Shown: in pieces, positions 12,001-19,552 of the stretch
Layout: each line of letters begins with the position of its first letter
Position numbering within the stretch: position 1 is the stretch's first letter
Origin: Candidatus Buchananbacteria bacterium
Lineage (GTDB): Bacteria; Patescibacteriota; Patescibacteriia; 2-01-FULL-39-33
Reading direction: 5' to 3'
Assembly: GCA_903888345.1 (NCBI GenBank)
Contig: CAISTG010000015.1
Location: forward strand, 11,474-75,473
Length of the DNA: 64,000 bases
The notes under the pieces: generated by a model
Database searches by the model: none
What the model saw: the letters and a program-made list of their open reading frames with translations, nothing else
What the model was told of the DNA's origin: nothing
Translations under genes and position numbers: made by a program

Positions 12001-12539
12001 AAACCCCAAAGCAAGTTTTTATAAGTATCATTAGTATTGATAACTGAAGGTCGACGCTGATAATTGGGCTCAGCATATTCGACATTGGGATCGGCTTGTA
12101 ACTCCGCTATTTTCTGAGCGGTAGTCTTGCCATCCTTAATTTGCAAAAAAGACAGATTACCTTTTTTAGAAAATTCCCTCTTTTCCATCTTTCGGGCAGC
12201 ATTAAAAGTGTTGGCCTGTACTTGTCCGGCGGCGGTCTCTAGATTAATTTTTGATTTTTTGTATTTGATAATAACATCGCCCTCAATATAATCTTTTCCC
12301 GCCATTATACTGGGCCTTGAAGAACTGCTTAAACCGCCAGTAACTAGCCGCGCTGACTTCCCAATGTTCGACTGAACTGTTTTAACTTGATCTATAGCAG
12401 AAAAATCGACGGCATTAATTTTGGCCACGGCGACAGTTTGAGCCTGAATAATTTTAGTTGCCGGGCGATTAGAAAAAAATATGAGTGAAATACAAAAAAG
12501 GGCTAGGATAATTCCTCCACCAGCCAAGAACTTCTTCAT
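6099..12539 (-). CDS. Giant secreted S8 subtilase with NHL beta-propeller repeats and Ig-like domains (start re-placed at MKKFLAGG)
   Basis: Triad motifs VAIIDNG, HATHVAG, GTSMATP; oxyanion AAGN; repeated RLFVAD..N.RV.VF; Big_5-like domain; poly-Gly linker. Confidence 0.9.
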   Translation of the reverse strand: MKKFLAGGGIILALFCISLIFFSNRPATKIIQAQTVAVAKINAVDFSAIDQVKTVQSNIGKSARLVTGGLSSSSRPSIMAGKDYIEGDVIIKYKKSKINLETAAGQVQANTFNAARKMEKREFSKKGNLSFLQIKDGKTTAQKIAELQADPNVEYAEPNYQRRPSVINTNDTYKNLLWGLDNTGQTVGGNFPDNNPRSGVVDADIDAPEAWQIADAATISPVIVAIIDNGVAYNHPDLVANMWDGSGCKDQNGAYLGGCSHGYDYVDNDKDPMPEAYSDLSVDMSSHATHVAGIIAAAKNNSKGVVGVASGAKIMTIRFKLDVASEIKAIDFAIQNGAKIINASFGSDGYSQAEYDAINRFSIAGGIFVAAAGNNGQNNDVLHNYPSDYNLDNIIAVTATNENDQLASFADYSATAVDVAAPGTNVYSTISEASVFNENFETTPTSEFPNGWVLGGINNQWKVYDTGDAFWGKVLHVARPNYPYAANANTTITSATYDFGTDAKSATISFAAACDTEYSWNADYLAVEYSADGVNFTEGTWPYYNQQFRLDETVLDWLTNDDSSAGGSAAYIGNIVIPKKYLTNNFKFRFRWVTNAADNNHGGCYVDQISIKKFTDGSNEPYGYLSGTSMATPYVAGLAALMEGYNSSLSAAQIKNIILTSGDDLVSLHGITSAGTRINAKKAMQAVEVLGQPKRIDSFAFSSLSVTAIIDEAQHTIAATVPYGTDVTALVPTISYFGTSISPNSGVAQNFSNPVSYMVTAADGTTQVYAVTVTISRSYIIDGSDAVDVIGQYQDVTANPALVTFNKNDVNNQGRNKLGLFSPVEVALDTVHHRLFVAEGVTNNRIMIYNLNSDNTLADYVPDHILGQTEYSSSTNGRSQNKFNTVDGLAYDSIGDRLFVSDSVNMRVLVYDTAVIADGENAVNVLGQADFSAAISTTTQYSLSQPAGLTYDLTNNRLFVADVTNNRVMVFNVATSTIANGQNAINVLGQTSFITKTYSASTSTMNYPRGVQYDAGNNRLFVADALNRRVLVFNAATSTITNGENASYVLGQANFSGSSSGHTQTTLNNPFRVTYDSVGSRLFVADQSNSRVMIFNVATSTIVNGQNAINVLGQTDFNASTSTVSQNRLKSLTGLVYNNVNNQLFVADSSNHRVVIFNAATSTISNGQNAVDLIGQYQDIIANPLVPNFNKSNTDNSYNPAINKFGLYTPRYLTIDPVHLRLFVTDNFNNRVLVYNLNADGSMASYTPTHVLGQASFTTTTATVMTQSSLKVPNGLAYDFARNYLFVNDAGNNRIMVFDVAEITNGEPAINVLCQADFVTKVSTSTQDHITNSSGFAYDFVHNRLFVNDYSRILVFDVAEITNGEPAINVLGQTDFTSNATATTQAGFDYILDSVYDWVNERLFVAERNNQRVTVFDVAEITNGEPAINVLGQSGYLTNSSATTNGGFKNISALAYDNISERLFVSEGGNNRVTVFDVAEIVNGELAVSVIGQDNYLTLSSGVSTKLLNSPWGIYYYENGNKLFVADSANNRVMVFAVGQTNIVHPVALSYYPQNNTTSTSISTNLQLRFSQPMAKGSGSIALYKTSNDLPLETIDVNSNQVNCSSTGLVTITPANVLAEQTDYYVKIDATALVGVGFAINNYLGITDATTWKFATSDLSGPTLSNIYPSGVQEYGTSSVNLTVTTNENSTCRYAAVSGTAFGAMTPFAVTGAINHKTPISSLTNGSSYTYYIVCQDLSNNTSTEAVASFSVAAVATDNDGPVISNILPDGEQVAGTVNATLVLDTDEAATCKYSDNFSTLFASMTIFSVTGLRHHTTPISGLSNGNSYVYYVICEDFVNNFSSKSTVSFSIALTVVAPPVSGGGGGGGGFIVPPVVSTTSYSIPTNGVSSIGTIGLLGTNLTASLNSVANFITTVSQSSQRQEHKMTVVNLDVTSQIVTLRVESTPQTIVLKLNEKANIDLDQDGKSDISINFSSLAFNQVSLTVKSLIAVQATIDSNGKNIVIPDKLGRIVKVSTVNRPAVYYVSDGLKYLFVNRNTYTTWANDIGDIGNKFSTLKQISQSEFEAIPLGGNLVARSGNLIKFDDSSIIYGVGAQGRLYKFVDASVQSRLYGKAVPYVVQAGFRNDYYNYGTAVETLTATSVKPE
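8242..8478. repeat. Near-identical intragenic repeats (180-bp period) encoding NHL blades
   Basis: tgccctaacacattaattgccggctcaccgttagtaatttcRgccacatcaaaaact at 8242 and 8422; more diverged copies near 8070 and 8600. Confidence 0.85.
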
Positions 12540-12675
12540 AATAAAATTAGAAAATTTAATAGTATACTTCTGTATATTATAGCACAAAAATATTAGCGAA
12601 ACCAAAAAAGAGAACTGGGGATAACAGCTCTCTTTTAGATCTATTCTATTTAGTTAGTTTTGCTGTTCCCCGCCC

Positions 12676-13404
12676 CTATTGTGCCGTCCAACCGCCATCA
12701 ACATACAATACTGAGCCGGTGACAAACTTGGCTTCATCAGCAGCCAGATAGACTGCGGCGTAAGCGATATCATTGGGTTCGCCCATATGTCCGAGTGGCG
12801 TGGCCGCATTAATTCCAGCATTAGCCGCTTTATCATTCTTAATCCCCTTGGTCATGCCAGTTTCAATAAAGCCAGGAGCGATCGAATTAACTCTGATACC
12901 GGCCGCCGCCAACTCTAACGCAGCAGTACGAGTTAACTGATTAACTCCCCCTTTAGCCGAACAATAAGCAGCTGCACTCTTAAAGCCAACTTGACCCAAA
13001 ATCGAGGCCATATTAATAATTGAACCTTTGATTTTTTTGTTTTTCATGTAAGTAGCAGCCGCGCGCACGCCATAAAACACACCATTTAAATTAATCGCCA
13101 AAACTTTCTCCCAAACTTTATCCGGCATACCGACAATTTCTCCTGTTAAACCGACGCCGGCATTATTAACCATGATATCCAAACCACCAAATTTCTTCAC
13201 CGCCAAATCCACCAACTTTTTGACATCTTTATCTTTGGAGGTATCCGCTTTTAAAAATACTGCATTAGCCGGCAATTTGCCAGGATAAGCATTAATATCA
13301 GAGAAAACGACTTTCGCTCCCTCAGCGACAAACATTTCAGCTATCGCTTTGCCAATCCCTGACGAAGCGCCAGTGACGACAGCAACTTTGTTTTGTAGTC
13401 TCAT
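12676..13404 (-). CDS. Short-chain dehydrogenase/reductase (FabG/glucose-dehydrogenase-like)
   Basis: TGASSGIG, NNAG, YCSAK, VNSIAPG, VDGG. Confidence 0.93.
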   Translation of the reverse strand: MRLQNKVAVVTGASSGIGKAIAEMFVAEGAKVVFSDINAYPGKLPANAVFLKADTSKDKDVKKLVDLAVKKFGGLDIMVNNAGVGLTGEIVGMPDKVWEKVLAINLNGVFYGVRAAATYMKNKKIKGSIINMASILGQVGFKSAAAYCSAKGGVNQLTRTAALELAAAGIRVNSIAPGFIETGMTKGIKNDKAANAGINAATPLGHMGEPNDIAYAAVYLAADEAKFVTGSVLYVDGGWTAQ

Positions 13405-13434
13405 ATAATTTGAAATTAATTATTGATATATAAA

Positions 13435-13656
13435 TTAAGCTAGATGCGACCCATCGCAAAAAGACTTATTTTTTGATTTACCACAACGACAAAGATGATA
13501 ATTTTCTTTTTTCGGATACTTCTTTAATATCTCATAAGATTCTGAATCTCCGTTAGCATCGCAAACAATATTTTCTTAGTCTAAAGTAATTTGTCCCGAC
13601 ACTAGGCATGGTCCATTCTTGCTGACGCTAATTTTTTTGCCAATTACATTTTTCAC
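13435..13656 (-). pseudogene. CDGSH iron-sulfur protein with an in-frame TAA at codon 27
   Basis: VKNVIGKKISVSKNGPCLVSGQITLD*ENIVCD...YHLCRCGKSKNKSFCDGSHLA*; internal stop at 13576-13578. Confidence 0.85.
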
Positions 13657-13715
13657 AACATTATATATCTAATACCTTAATTATCTCACTTTACTTTCAA
13701 AACCACAACCGTATT

Positions 13716-13744
13716 AAAAAACCGCTACAATTATTGTAACGGTT
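13716..13744 (-). terminator. Terminator closing the 14592-13767 cassette
   Basis: aaccgctacaat/attgtaacggtt stem with T-run on the minus strand. Confidence 0.6.
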
Positions 13745-13766
13745 AAAGTACATGTCATTATTTGCG

Positions 13767-14306
13767 CTATTCCCATTGGCGCTGTCGTCGTTCGCGCGCT
13801 TCTCTGATCACCAATTTAACATCCTGATGCCAAACTGCTGGATCGATTTGTAGACTATTGTTTAGATCCAACAAAATCAGCGCCGGATGCAACATATTCA
13901 TTTCAGATAACAGGCCATAACGATTGGCCCGCTCATCCTCTTCGTACCACTCACGTAAATGAACCAGTAGGATTGCCGCTAAAATCTCGTTGTCTAAGTA
14001 TTCTATCGCCCCGGCAAATGGCAGCAATAGCTGTTTTGGGAGCAATTCCTTTTTCCAGTAACAAATCCGTTCGTGGACTGAGGCTAGAAATAATGTTTCA
14101 TACTGCTCAAATTCATCGACAGTAATTTCCGGCGCTGGCAGCAGATCAAGCACGCATTTAAGTAAGACGTTACGATAACTGCGCCCCAAGGAAACTCCAG
14201 CTGGATCATGACTGCGAATAATCAGTGACAGCAAGACCCAACCAGTCTCGTAATCTGTTAAATCAGAAAAATCTGGCGGATCATCCTCAGGTTCAATAAT
14301 TCCCAT
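13767..14306 (-). CDS. Hypothetical protein (SD-led)
   Basis: 179-aa ORF preceded by GAGGAG; no recognised motif. Confidence 0.65.
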   Translation of the reverse strand: MGIIEPEDDPPDFSDLTDYETGWVLLSLIIRSHDPAGVSLGRSYRNVLLKCVLDLLPAPEITVDEFEQYETLFLASVHERICYWKKELLPKQLLLPFAGAIEYLDNEILAAILLVHLREWYEEDERANRYGLLSEMNMLHPALILLDLNNSLQIDPAVWHQDVKLVIREARERRQRQWE

Positions 14307-14331
14307 CAGATTGACTCCTCAAGTTGGAAAG

Positions 14332-14592
14332 TTAAACAATTTGAATCTTGAAACGACTATCTTCGATGTGACTAACCATTCCTTCGACTGAATCGAAAGC
14401 TAGTGCTTGTGGCTGAAACCCGAAATGTTTTTCATCTTGCATTTCGAAATCGAAATATTCCCGATTTTCTGCTGTCGAACGGACCGTTTTGCAAATACCT
14501 TCATACGGCTTTAAACCGGGACGAGTATAGGTAATCCGAATTCTTTTGCCAGCAAATATACCGAGTAATTGCGCCAATGTAACTTGAGACAT
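14332..14592 (-). CDS. Hypothetical protein (SD-led)
   Basis: 86-aa ORF preceded by AAGGAG. Confidence 0.65.
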   Translation of the reverse strand: MSQVTLAQLLGIFAGKRIRITYTRPGLKPYEGICKTVRSTAENREYFDFEMQDEKHFGFQPQALAFDSVEGMVSHIEDSRFKIQIV

Positions 14593-14648
14593 ACGCCGGT
14601 CTCCTTTTGGTTTAATTAATTAATAATCATAAGTGCAATTCAGAAAAT

Positions 14649-14677
14649 AACTTACCAAAATTGACGCTTTTTGTCAA
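14649..14677 (-). promoter_or_regulatory. sigma70 promoter
   Basis: TTGACA-17-TAAGTT. Confidence 0.65.
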
Positions 14678-14750
14678 TCAATTTATCTTTACCAAGAATT
14701 GTCGTTTGACGCTGAAAACCGAACTAATTTAAAAAGACATGATATAACTA

Positions 14751-15446
14751 TCATGTCTTCAGTTTTAAGAAAATGTTCGATATTACCTGATCAATAACCA
14801 GTCTCCCAAAATCAATTCCCACTGGTTGGTGTCGAATTTGCTGGCTAACCCAAATTGAGTCGCCAGATCCGATTGCTTCAATATATGTCTTAGCGGCGGC
14901 ATAACTATCAATGCGCTTTTTGATCTCCGCCAGCGTTTGAGGGTCACCACTATCTAAAGCATTTTTGGTGCGGAGATTCTGTTGCAAATCAACAGCATCC
15001 GCCCACAACATCAACCGTAACTGCGGATAAATGCCAGCCGTCAATCGCTCACTTAATAGCCAAGACTGCGTTTGCATAATTACTTCCGGATCATCACGAT
15101 CAATGACGAAAGCCAGTGCCCTGATTTCTGATGAATCAAGCACTACCACTTGGCCCGCCATTAAAGCCGGCAGTACCACCGTTAGGTAATTCGCACGCAT
15201 AGCCCGTAAATAATACTTATTATGCGCCAAAGTACCCGGAACCAAGCCCTGGCTAGCAACTAACTCTTGGCCAATTTGATTGGCTGCCGGACTACTTTCA
15301 AAGTATGACGGCTTAATTATTAGGCCGCCACGATCAGGCCAGAGAGCATTAAGACGAGTACTCAAAAGACTAGTAATACTGCTTTTCCCGCTACCGTCAG
15401 GCCCATCAACACTAATTAAAATTCCGGGAAACTGCGTTTGACTCAT
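14751..15446 (-). CDS. Thymidylate-kinase-like NMP kinase (divergent)
   Basis: ISVDGPDGSGKS P-loop; VVVLDS where Tmk has DR; SD AAGGAGG. Confidence 0.75.
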   Translation of the reverse strand: MSQTQFPGILISVDGPDGSGKSSITSLLSTRLNALWPDRGGLIIKPSYFESSPAANQIGQELVASQGLVPGTLAHNKYYLRAMRANYLTVVLPALMAGQVVVLDSSEIRALAFVIDRDDPEVIMQTQSWLLSERLTAGIYPQLRLMLWADAVDLQQNLRTKNALDSGDPQTLAEIKKRIDSYAAAKTYIEAIGSGDSIWVSQQIRHQPVGIDFGRLVIDQVISNIFLKLKT

Positions 15447-15542
15447 TCTATTCCTCCTTTTTTGAGTTCAGCTAGAAGTAGTTGTCTGACTTGAAAATTT
15501 AATGTAATGTGCTACAATTATTTATATTAATACAATAATTTT

Positions 15543-16079
15543 ATGGCTAAAAACAATCAGGAAATTGAAGTAAAGGCTACTTTCCAAGATCAACAGGCGG
15601 TATTAAATATCCTCCAGCCTCAATTAACCTTCGTCAATCGAGTTTCAATCAACGACACTTATTTTAGTTCAGGGGCCAGCATGAGCAACACTAATAATCT
15701 TGTCAGAATTCGAGAAATCAATAACGACAAAGTGGAGCTTACATTCAAAGGAAAAACAGTTGACACTAATAATATTTGGCAAAGAACGGAGATTACTACT
15801 TTAGTTGATTCCGCCACTAATGCCAAAGCTATCCTAGCGAATTTGGGGCTCAAAGTCGTATCCGAATATCAAAACGCGAAAGAATATTACGACTATAATG
15901 GACTGGAAATTGTCTTCGCTAGATTTACTTTGCCAGCTACATTAGAATTTATGGAAATTGAAGGCGACACGACTACCGCTGTGGCCGAAGTTATTGAAAA
16001 ATTAGGCCAAACAATTACCGTCGTCGGTGAAGAAATTTTTGACGTCTTTGATCGTGCCAGAAATAATACTGCTAACTAA
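15543..16079 (+). CDS. CYTH-domain protein (class IV adenylate cyclase / triphosphate tunnel enzyme)
   Basis: EIEVK, DTYF, RIRE, LTFKG, R.E, FMEIE. Confidence 0.88.
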   Translation: MAKNNQEIEVKATFQDQQAVLNILQPQLTFVNRVSINDTYFSSGASMSNTNNLVRIREINNDKVELTFKGKTVDTNNIWQRTEITTLVDSATNAKAILANLGLKVVSEYQNAKEYYDYNGLEIVFARFTLPATLEFMEIEGDTTTAVAEVIEKLGQTITVVGEEIFDVFDRARNNTAN

Positions 16080-17262
16080 TTTTTAAGTATTTTTTTAGAG
16101 CCACTAAAGATAAGCCGAAAAACGTTTCTGGCTTATTTTTTATTTGCTCTGTTAGTTTAGCCACATCTATCCAGTGCGGATTGCGATTCTCTTCAATATT
16201 TTCTTTCGGCTCACCCTCTAAATAGCGGCTAACGAAAACTAAAGCAACATAGGAACGATCACCACTCAATTGTTGTAGACAAATATACGGCTGATAGGCT
16301 TCGATAATTTGGCCGTTAGATTCGGGTTGCGAGGCCAGAAATGACGGCATAATTTCACTTAGAACTGATGTTTCTTCGAGTGTTTCCCGTACAGCTGCAA
16401 TCTGAGCCGATTCAAATCGCTTAATTAAACCAGAAGGCAATTCAAATTTGCCGGAATTCGCCGGATCGATGTTTGGCTTATGCCGCGTTTGTAATAATAT
16501 TTCTGTTTGACCGTTATTATTTCTTTCAACGATATTTACCACCACTGGAATACCAATTGATAAATCATCATAATTAATATATTTATTGTGCAGCGGCGCA
16601 AAGTAATTGCTCTTTTCTAAAAAATTATATAATATCGGACAGCTGTGGCTAATTTCTTCTTTTAAGTTTATCAAATCAATCGGCAGATTAAGATCATTTT
16701 TTAAATTCAAATTATAAATAGAATGGCCTTGGCAATTCTTGCTTAAATCATTAAAAGAATTAGAAGTGCTCCAACGCACACCAGAAAAAATATTCGTGTT
16801 TCCCTGATCCTTAAGTCCCATTAAGTAGACACCGCCATTAACTTCGGGGCCAAAAACGTAATCATTATTATCTAACCTAGCAAACCCCGTAATTAAATCT
16901 TCTTGTTTAATAAAGGGAATATCCATGGGGATCAAGATGGCTTTACTATAGCCATGAACATTGGTCAAAGTCTTAAAAATTATATTTAACTTGTCGCTCA
17001 AGCTTGGCGCGGCGTCAATCGTGAAGCCATTAATTGAATAATTTTCCTGGAACCAACGCAAATCAGCCAAGCTATCGGTCGCGACTACTAAATCAAAGTA
17101 ATCGGAATTATTGATTTTATTTAATAAATCAATAAAACAACATTTTGCTAATTCAAACGCAAAATCCTCCGAAGTCTCTTCGGCGATCCTGGTTTTAACC
17201 TTTCCTTTAACTGGGCGCTTAGCAAAGACCACTACAACATTATCATGTTTTTTATTCAACAT
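16072..17262 (-). CDS. DUF2064/CofC-like GT-A nucleotidyl/glycosyltransferase fused to a NUDIX hydrolase
   Basis: N-terminal VFAKRP..GKVKTR, MDIP, FGPEVNGGVYLMGL, VRWST; C-terminal Nudix box G-LIKRF-E-SAQIAAV-RETLEET. Confidence 0.85.
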   Translation of the reverse strand: MLNKKHDNVVVVFAKRPVKGKVKTRIAEETSEDFAFELAKCCFIDLLNKINNSDYFDLVVATDSLADLRWFQENYSINGFTIDAAPSLSDKLNIIFKTLTNVHGYSKAILIPMDIPFIKQEDLITGFARLDNNDYVFGPEVNGGVYLMGLKDQGNTNIFSGVRWSTSNSFNDLSKNCQGHSIYNLNLKNDLNLPIDLINLKEEISHSCPILYNFLEKSNYFAPLHNKYINYDDLSIGIPVVVNIVERNNNGQTEILLQTRHKPNIDPANSGKFELPSGLIKRFESAQIAAVRETLEETSVLSEIMPSFLASQPESNGQIIEAYQPYICLQQLSGDRSYVALVFVSRYLEGEPKENIEENRNPHWIDVAKLTEQIKNKPETFFGLSLVALKKYLKIS

Positions 17263-17266
17263 AGAT

Positions 17267-18262
17267 TTACTGATTAGTATTCCAAATTTTCTTATCTTGG
17301 CCAGGACAACTCTTCAAAAATTCTCGGGATTTAATAATGGCAGTCAAAATCTGTTCTTGATCATGACTAACTAAATACTCCCTTAAAGGAATGATTTGAT
17401 TATCCATGTGGCAGGGCTTGATATTTAAATCAGAATTAATAAATATTTCATTCGAAAGATAACAATCTCGACAAACCTCCGGGTCGCCACAACCAATTTC
17501 AATTGCCACGCCCCAAGTATTTTTATAAGTGAGCTTATTTAATGGCAAATAGCCACACTGTCCCCTGAAGCTATCGTCTTGTTGTGCCATCCTGACGCAA
17601 CCCAAGGCAACTAAACGCTCCAGCAGCTCAGGCAAAGGTAAATTCCAGCCCAGTTGTTCCGCCGTAATCGGTTCAAAATTCAAAAATTTAAATTTAAAAC
17701 CATAATGATCGCATAGATTTAAAAACTCTAAAATATTCTCGGCGTCATCGTTTTTTCCTTTAACGACAACATATTTTAATTCGACTATTGGACGATTTGG
17801 TAGCTGTGATAGATATTCCAAATTGTTTAATAAATGATCGAATTGACCGCTTGTTCCACCGGTCATTTTCTGCCAAGTGGCATAATTAGAGCCATGGATC
17901 GAAACAGCGATTTTATGGCAAACTGATGCCAGTTTATCCATTATAGCGGGTGTCAAACTTACTCCGTTGGAATGGAAAAATAATTCTTTGAACGGTTTTA
18001 ATTTAATATATTCCAGCAAATCCATTATCTTGGGATAGAGGCTCGGCTCACCGCCGGTCAAAGATAGTTTCTTTAAACCGGACCGATGTAAGACGTCAAT
18101 CAAATATATGAGCTCAGAATATTCTGCATGCGCAATATTTTTCTGGCAGATTGGCATACCCTCGTTTGAACAAAAAAAGCACTTAAGATTGCAATAATCA
18201 GTTAGAGCAACACGTAAAGGAAAATTGCCAAGAATTTCCGATTGTTTTTGTTCCAGTGACAT
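17267..18262 (-). CDS. Radical SAM enzyme, MoaA-like (copy B)
   Basis: LRVALTDYCNLKCFFC, LTGGEP, HSNG, KFLNFEP, GCG....CRDC...KPC. Confidence 0.88.
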   Translation of the reverse strand: MSLEQKQSEILGNFPLRVALTDYCNLKCFFCSNEGMPICQKNIAHAEYSELIYLIDVLHRSGLKKLSLTGGEPSLYPKIMDLLEYIKLKPFKELFFHSNGVSLTPAIMDKLASVCHKIAVSIHGSNYATWQKMTGGTSGQFDHLLNNLEYLSQLPNRPIVELKYVVVKGKNDDAENILEFLNLCDHYGFKFKFLNFEPITAEQLGWNLPLPELLERLVALGCVRMAQQDDSFRGQCGYLPLNKLTYKNTWGVAIEIGCGDPEVCRDCYLSNEIFINSDLNIKPCHMDNQIIPLREYLVSHDQEQILTAIIKSREFLKSCPGQDKKIWNTNQ

Positions 18263-18266
18263 ATGT

Positions 18267-19454
18267 TTAGCAGTATTTAAATTTTTCTTCTTTGTTCCAG
18301 CCCGCGCAATTCATGCCCGGAGCGAGCATTAAATATTCACGAGACAAACGGAAGAGGTCAAATAATTCTTCGTAGTTTTCGGTTTCGATAGCGTGAGTCA
18401 AATCAATTTTAGTATCAAGTACCGCACATGGTTTAATATATAGCCCCTGACCATCATTAGTCGGTTTGATAAACATACACAAGAAATTATAGCAAGACAA
18501 GCAGGCGGCCTTTTGACCGCAGCCAAAAATACTATGTAAGCCGCCAACATTTTTGTAAGTGAAATTCGTGCCCGGGATATAAGTATCGGGATCGTTATGT
18601 CGAGGCGCATCAGCTGGAAAAACACAACCCAGCTTTTCTAATTTTTCAAAAAACTCTTTACGGCCAACAGTATATTTTTTTTGCTCAGGAAATTGCGGTT
18701 CGAACTCCAAAAATTTTGGATGAAAACTATTAGCAGCACAATAATCTAGTAATCGCTGCAACTCTTCTTCACTATCATTGATGCCCCGCATAATAACACT
18801 CTTAATAAAAACTTTATCGCCGATCTGTTGTTTAGTTAAATATTCTAAATTTTCCTGAAGTTTTTTATATTTTCCCACTTGAATCTCTTCCTTAAAATAA
18901 TTATTTAAATTAGAAATTTTATTCCAAGTTGGAAAGAAAAAGGAATTTACCGAAACCCCGATGCGCGAAAATGAATCTTTGAGCCGATCAATAATAGTTG
19001 GGGTCAAAGCAATACCATTACTATGAATGGAAAAACGAATTTGCGGATACTTTTTTGTCCAGTCAATCAATTTAAAATCACCGCTAGTAAAGTCTGGATG
19101 AATTGTTGGCTCGCCACCACTAAAATCAATCATTTTTAGAGTTGTTGATTTAATCAACATATCACCTAATTTCATCACCAAATCGATATTGGCATGACCA
19201 TTAAACTTATCCGCATAACTAGATCCTTCATTAGAACAAAAAACACACCAAGAATTACACTTTGGTGTGAGAGAAATACGCAAACGTATTTTAGCAAACA
19301 AATCAAGCATTTCTTCCCGGCTAAGGTGTTTTTGACCCTTGGCCGCCAATGAATCTTTACTGAGATCTAATACCCTACCATTCTGATCTTTTCTGACGGT
19401 AACTTCCTCTTCCTTAAATTCCTTAGCCAAAGAGACGCTTGTTTGATCTGACAT
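18267..19454 (-). CDS. Radical SAM enzyme, MoaA-like (copy A)
   Basis: LRISLTPKCNSWCVFC, FSGGEP, HSNG, KFLEFEP, GCG....CLSC...KPC. Confidence 0.88.
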   Translation of the reverse strand: MSDQTSVSLAKEFKEEEVTVRKDQNGRVLDLSKDSLAAKGQKHLSREEMLDLFAKIRLRISLTPKCNSWCVFCSNEGSSYADKFNGHANIDLVMKLGDMLIKSTTLKMIDFSGGEPTIHPDFTSGDFKLIDWTKKYPQIRFSIHSNGIALTPTIIDRLKDSFSRIGVSVNSFFFPTWNKISNLNNYFKEEIQVGKYKKLQENLEYLTKQQIGDKVFIKSVIMRGINDSEEELQRLLDYCAANSFHPKFLEFEPQFPEQKKYTVGRKEFFEKLEKLGCVFPADAPRHNDPDTYIPGTNFTYKNVGGLHSIFGCGQKAACLSCYNFLCMFIKPTNDGQGLYIKPCAVLDTKIDLTHAIETENYEELFDLFRLSREYLMLAPGMNCAGWNKEEKFKYC

Positions 19455-19477
19455 ATTGTTTTTTAATAATTCTATTG

Positions 19478-19506
19478 ATTATACCCCTCATTTCAATATT
19501 TGTCAA
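19478..19506 (-). promoter_or_regulatory. Consensus sigma70 promoter of the twin radical SAM operon
   Basis: TTGACA-17-TATAAT, exact. Confidence 0.8.
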
Positions 19507-19552
19507 TAGCGGCAGAATAAACATATTTTTATGGCCCAATAAATAGCTAATA

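Noticed and set aside
13576-13578. Stop-codon reassignment (code 25 or TAA read-through)
   Set aside because: Long genes are intact in code 11; TAA ends most genes and TGA ends some, e.g. at 14751 and 51928
17267-19454. Calling the rSAM pair moaA, viperin or queE
   Set aside because: MoaA's RxR and C-terminal GG are missing and no moaC is in the window; auxiliary Cys clusters are not typical of viperin or QueE; no assignment is supportable without a search
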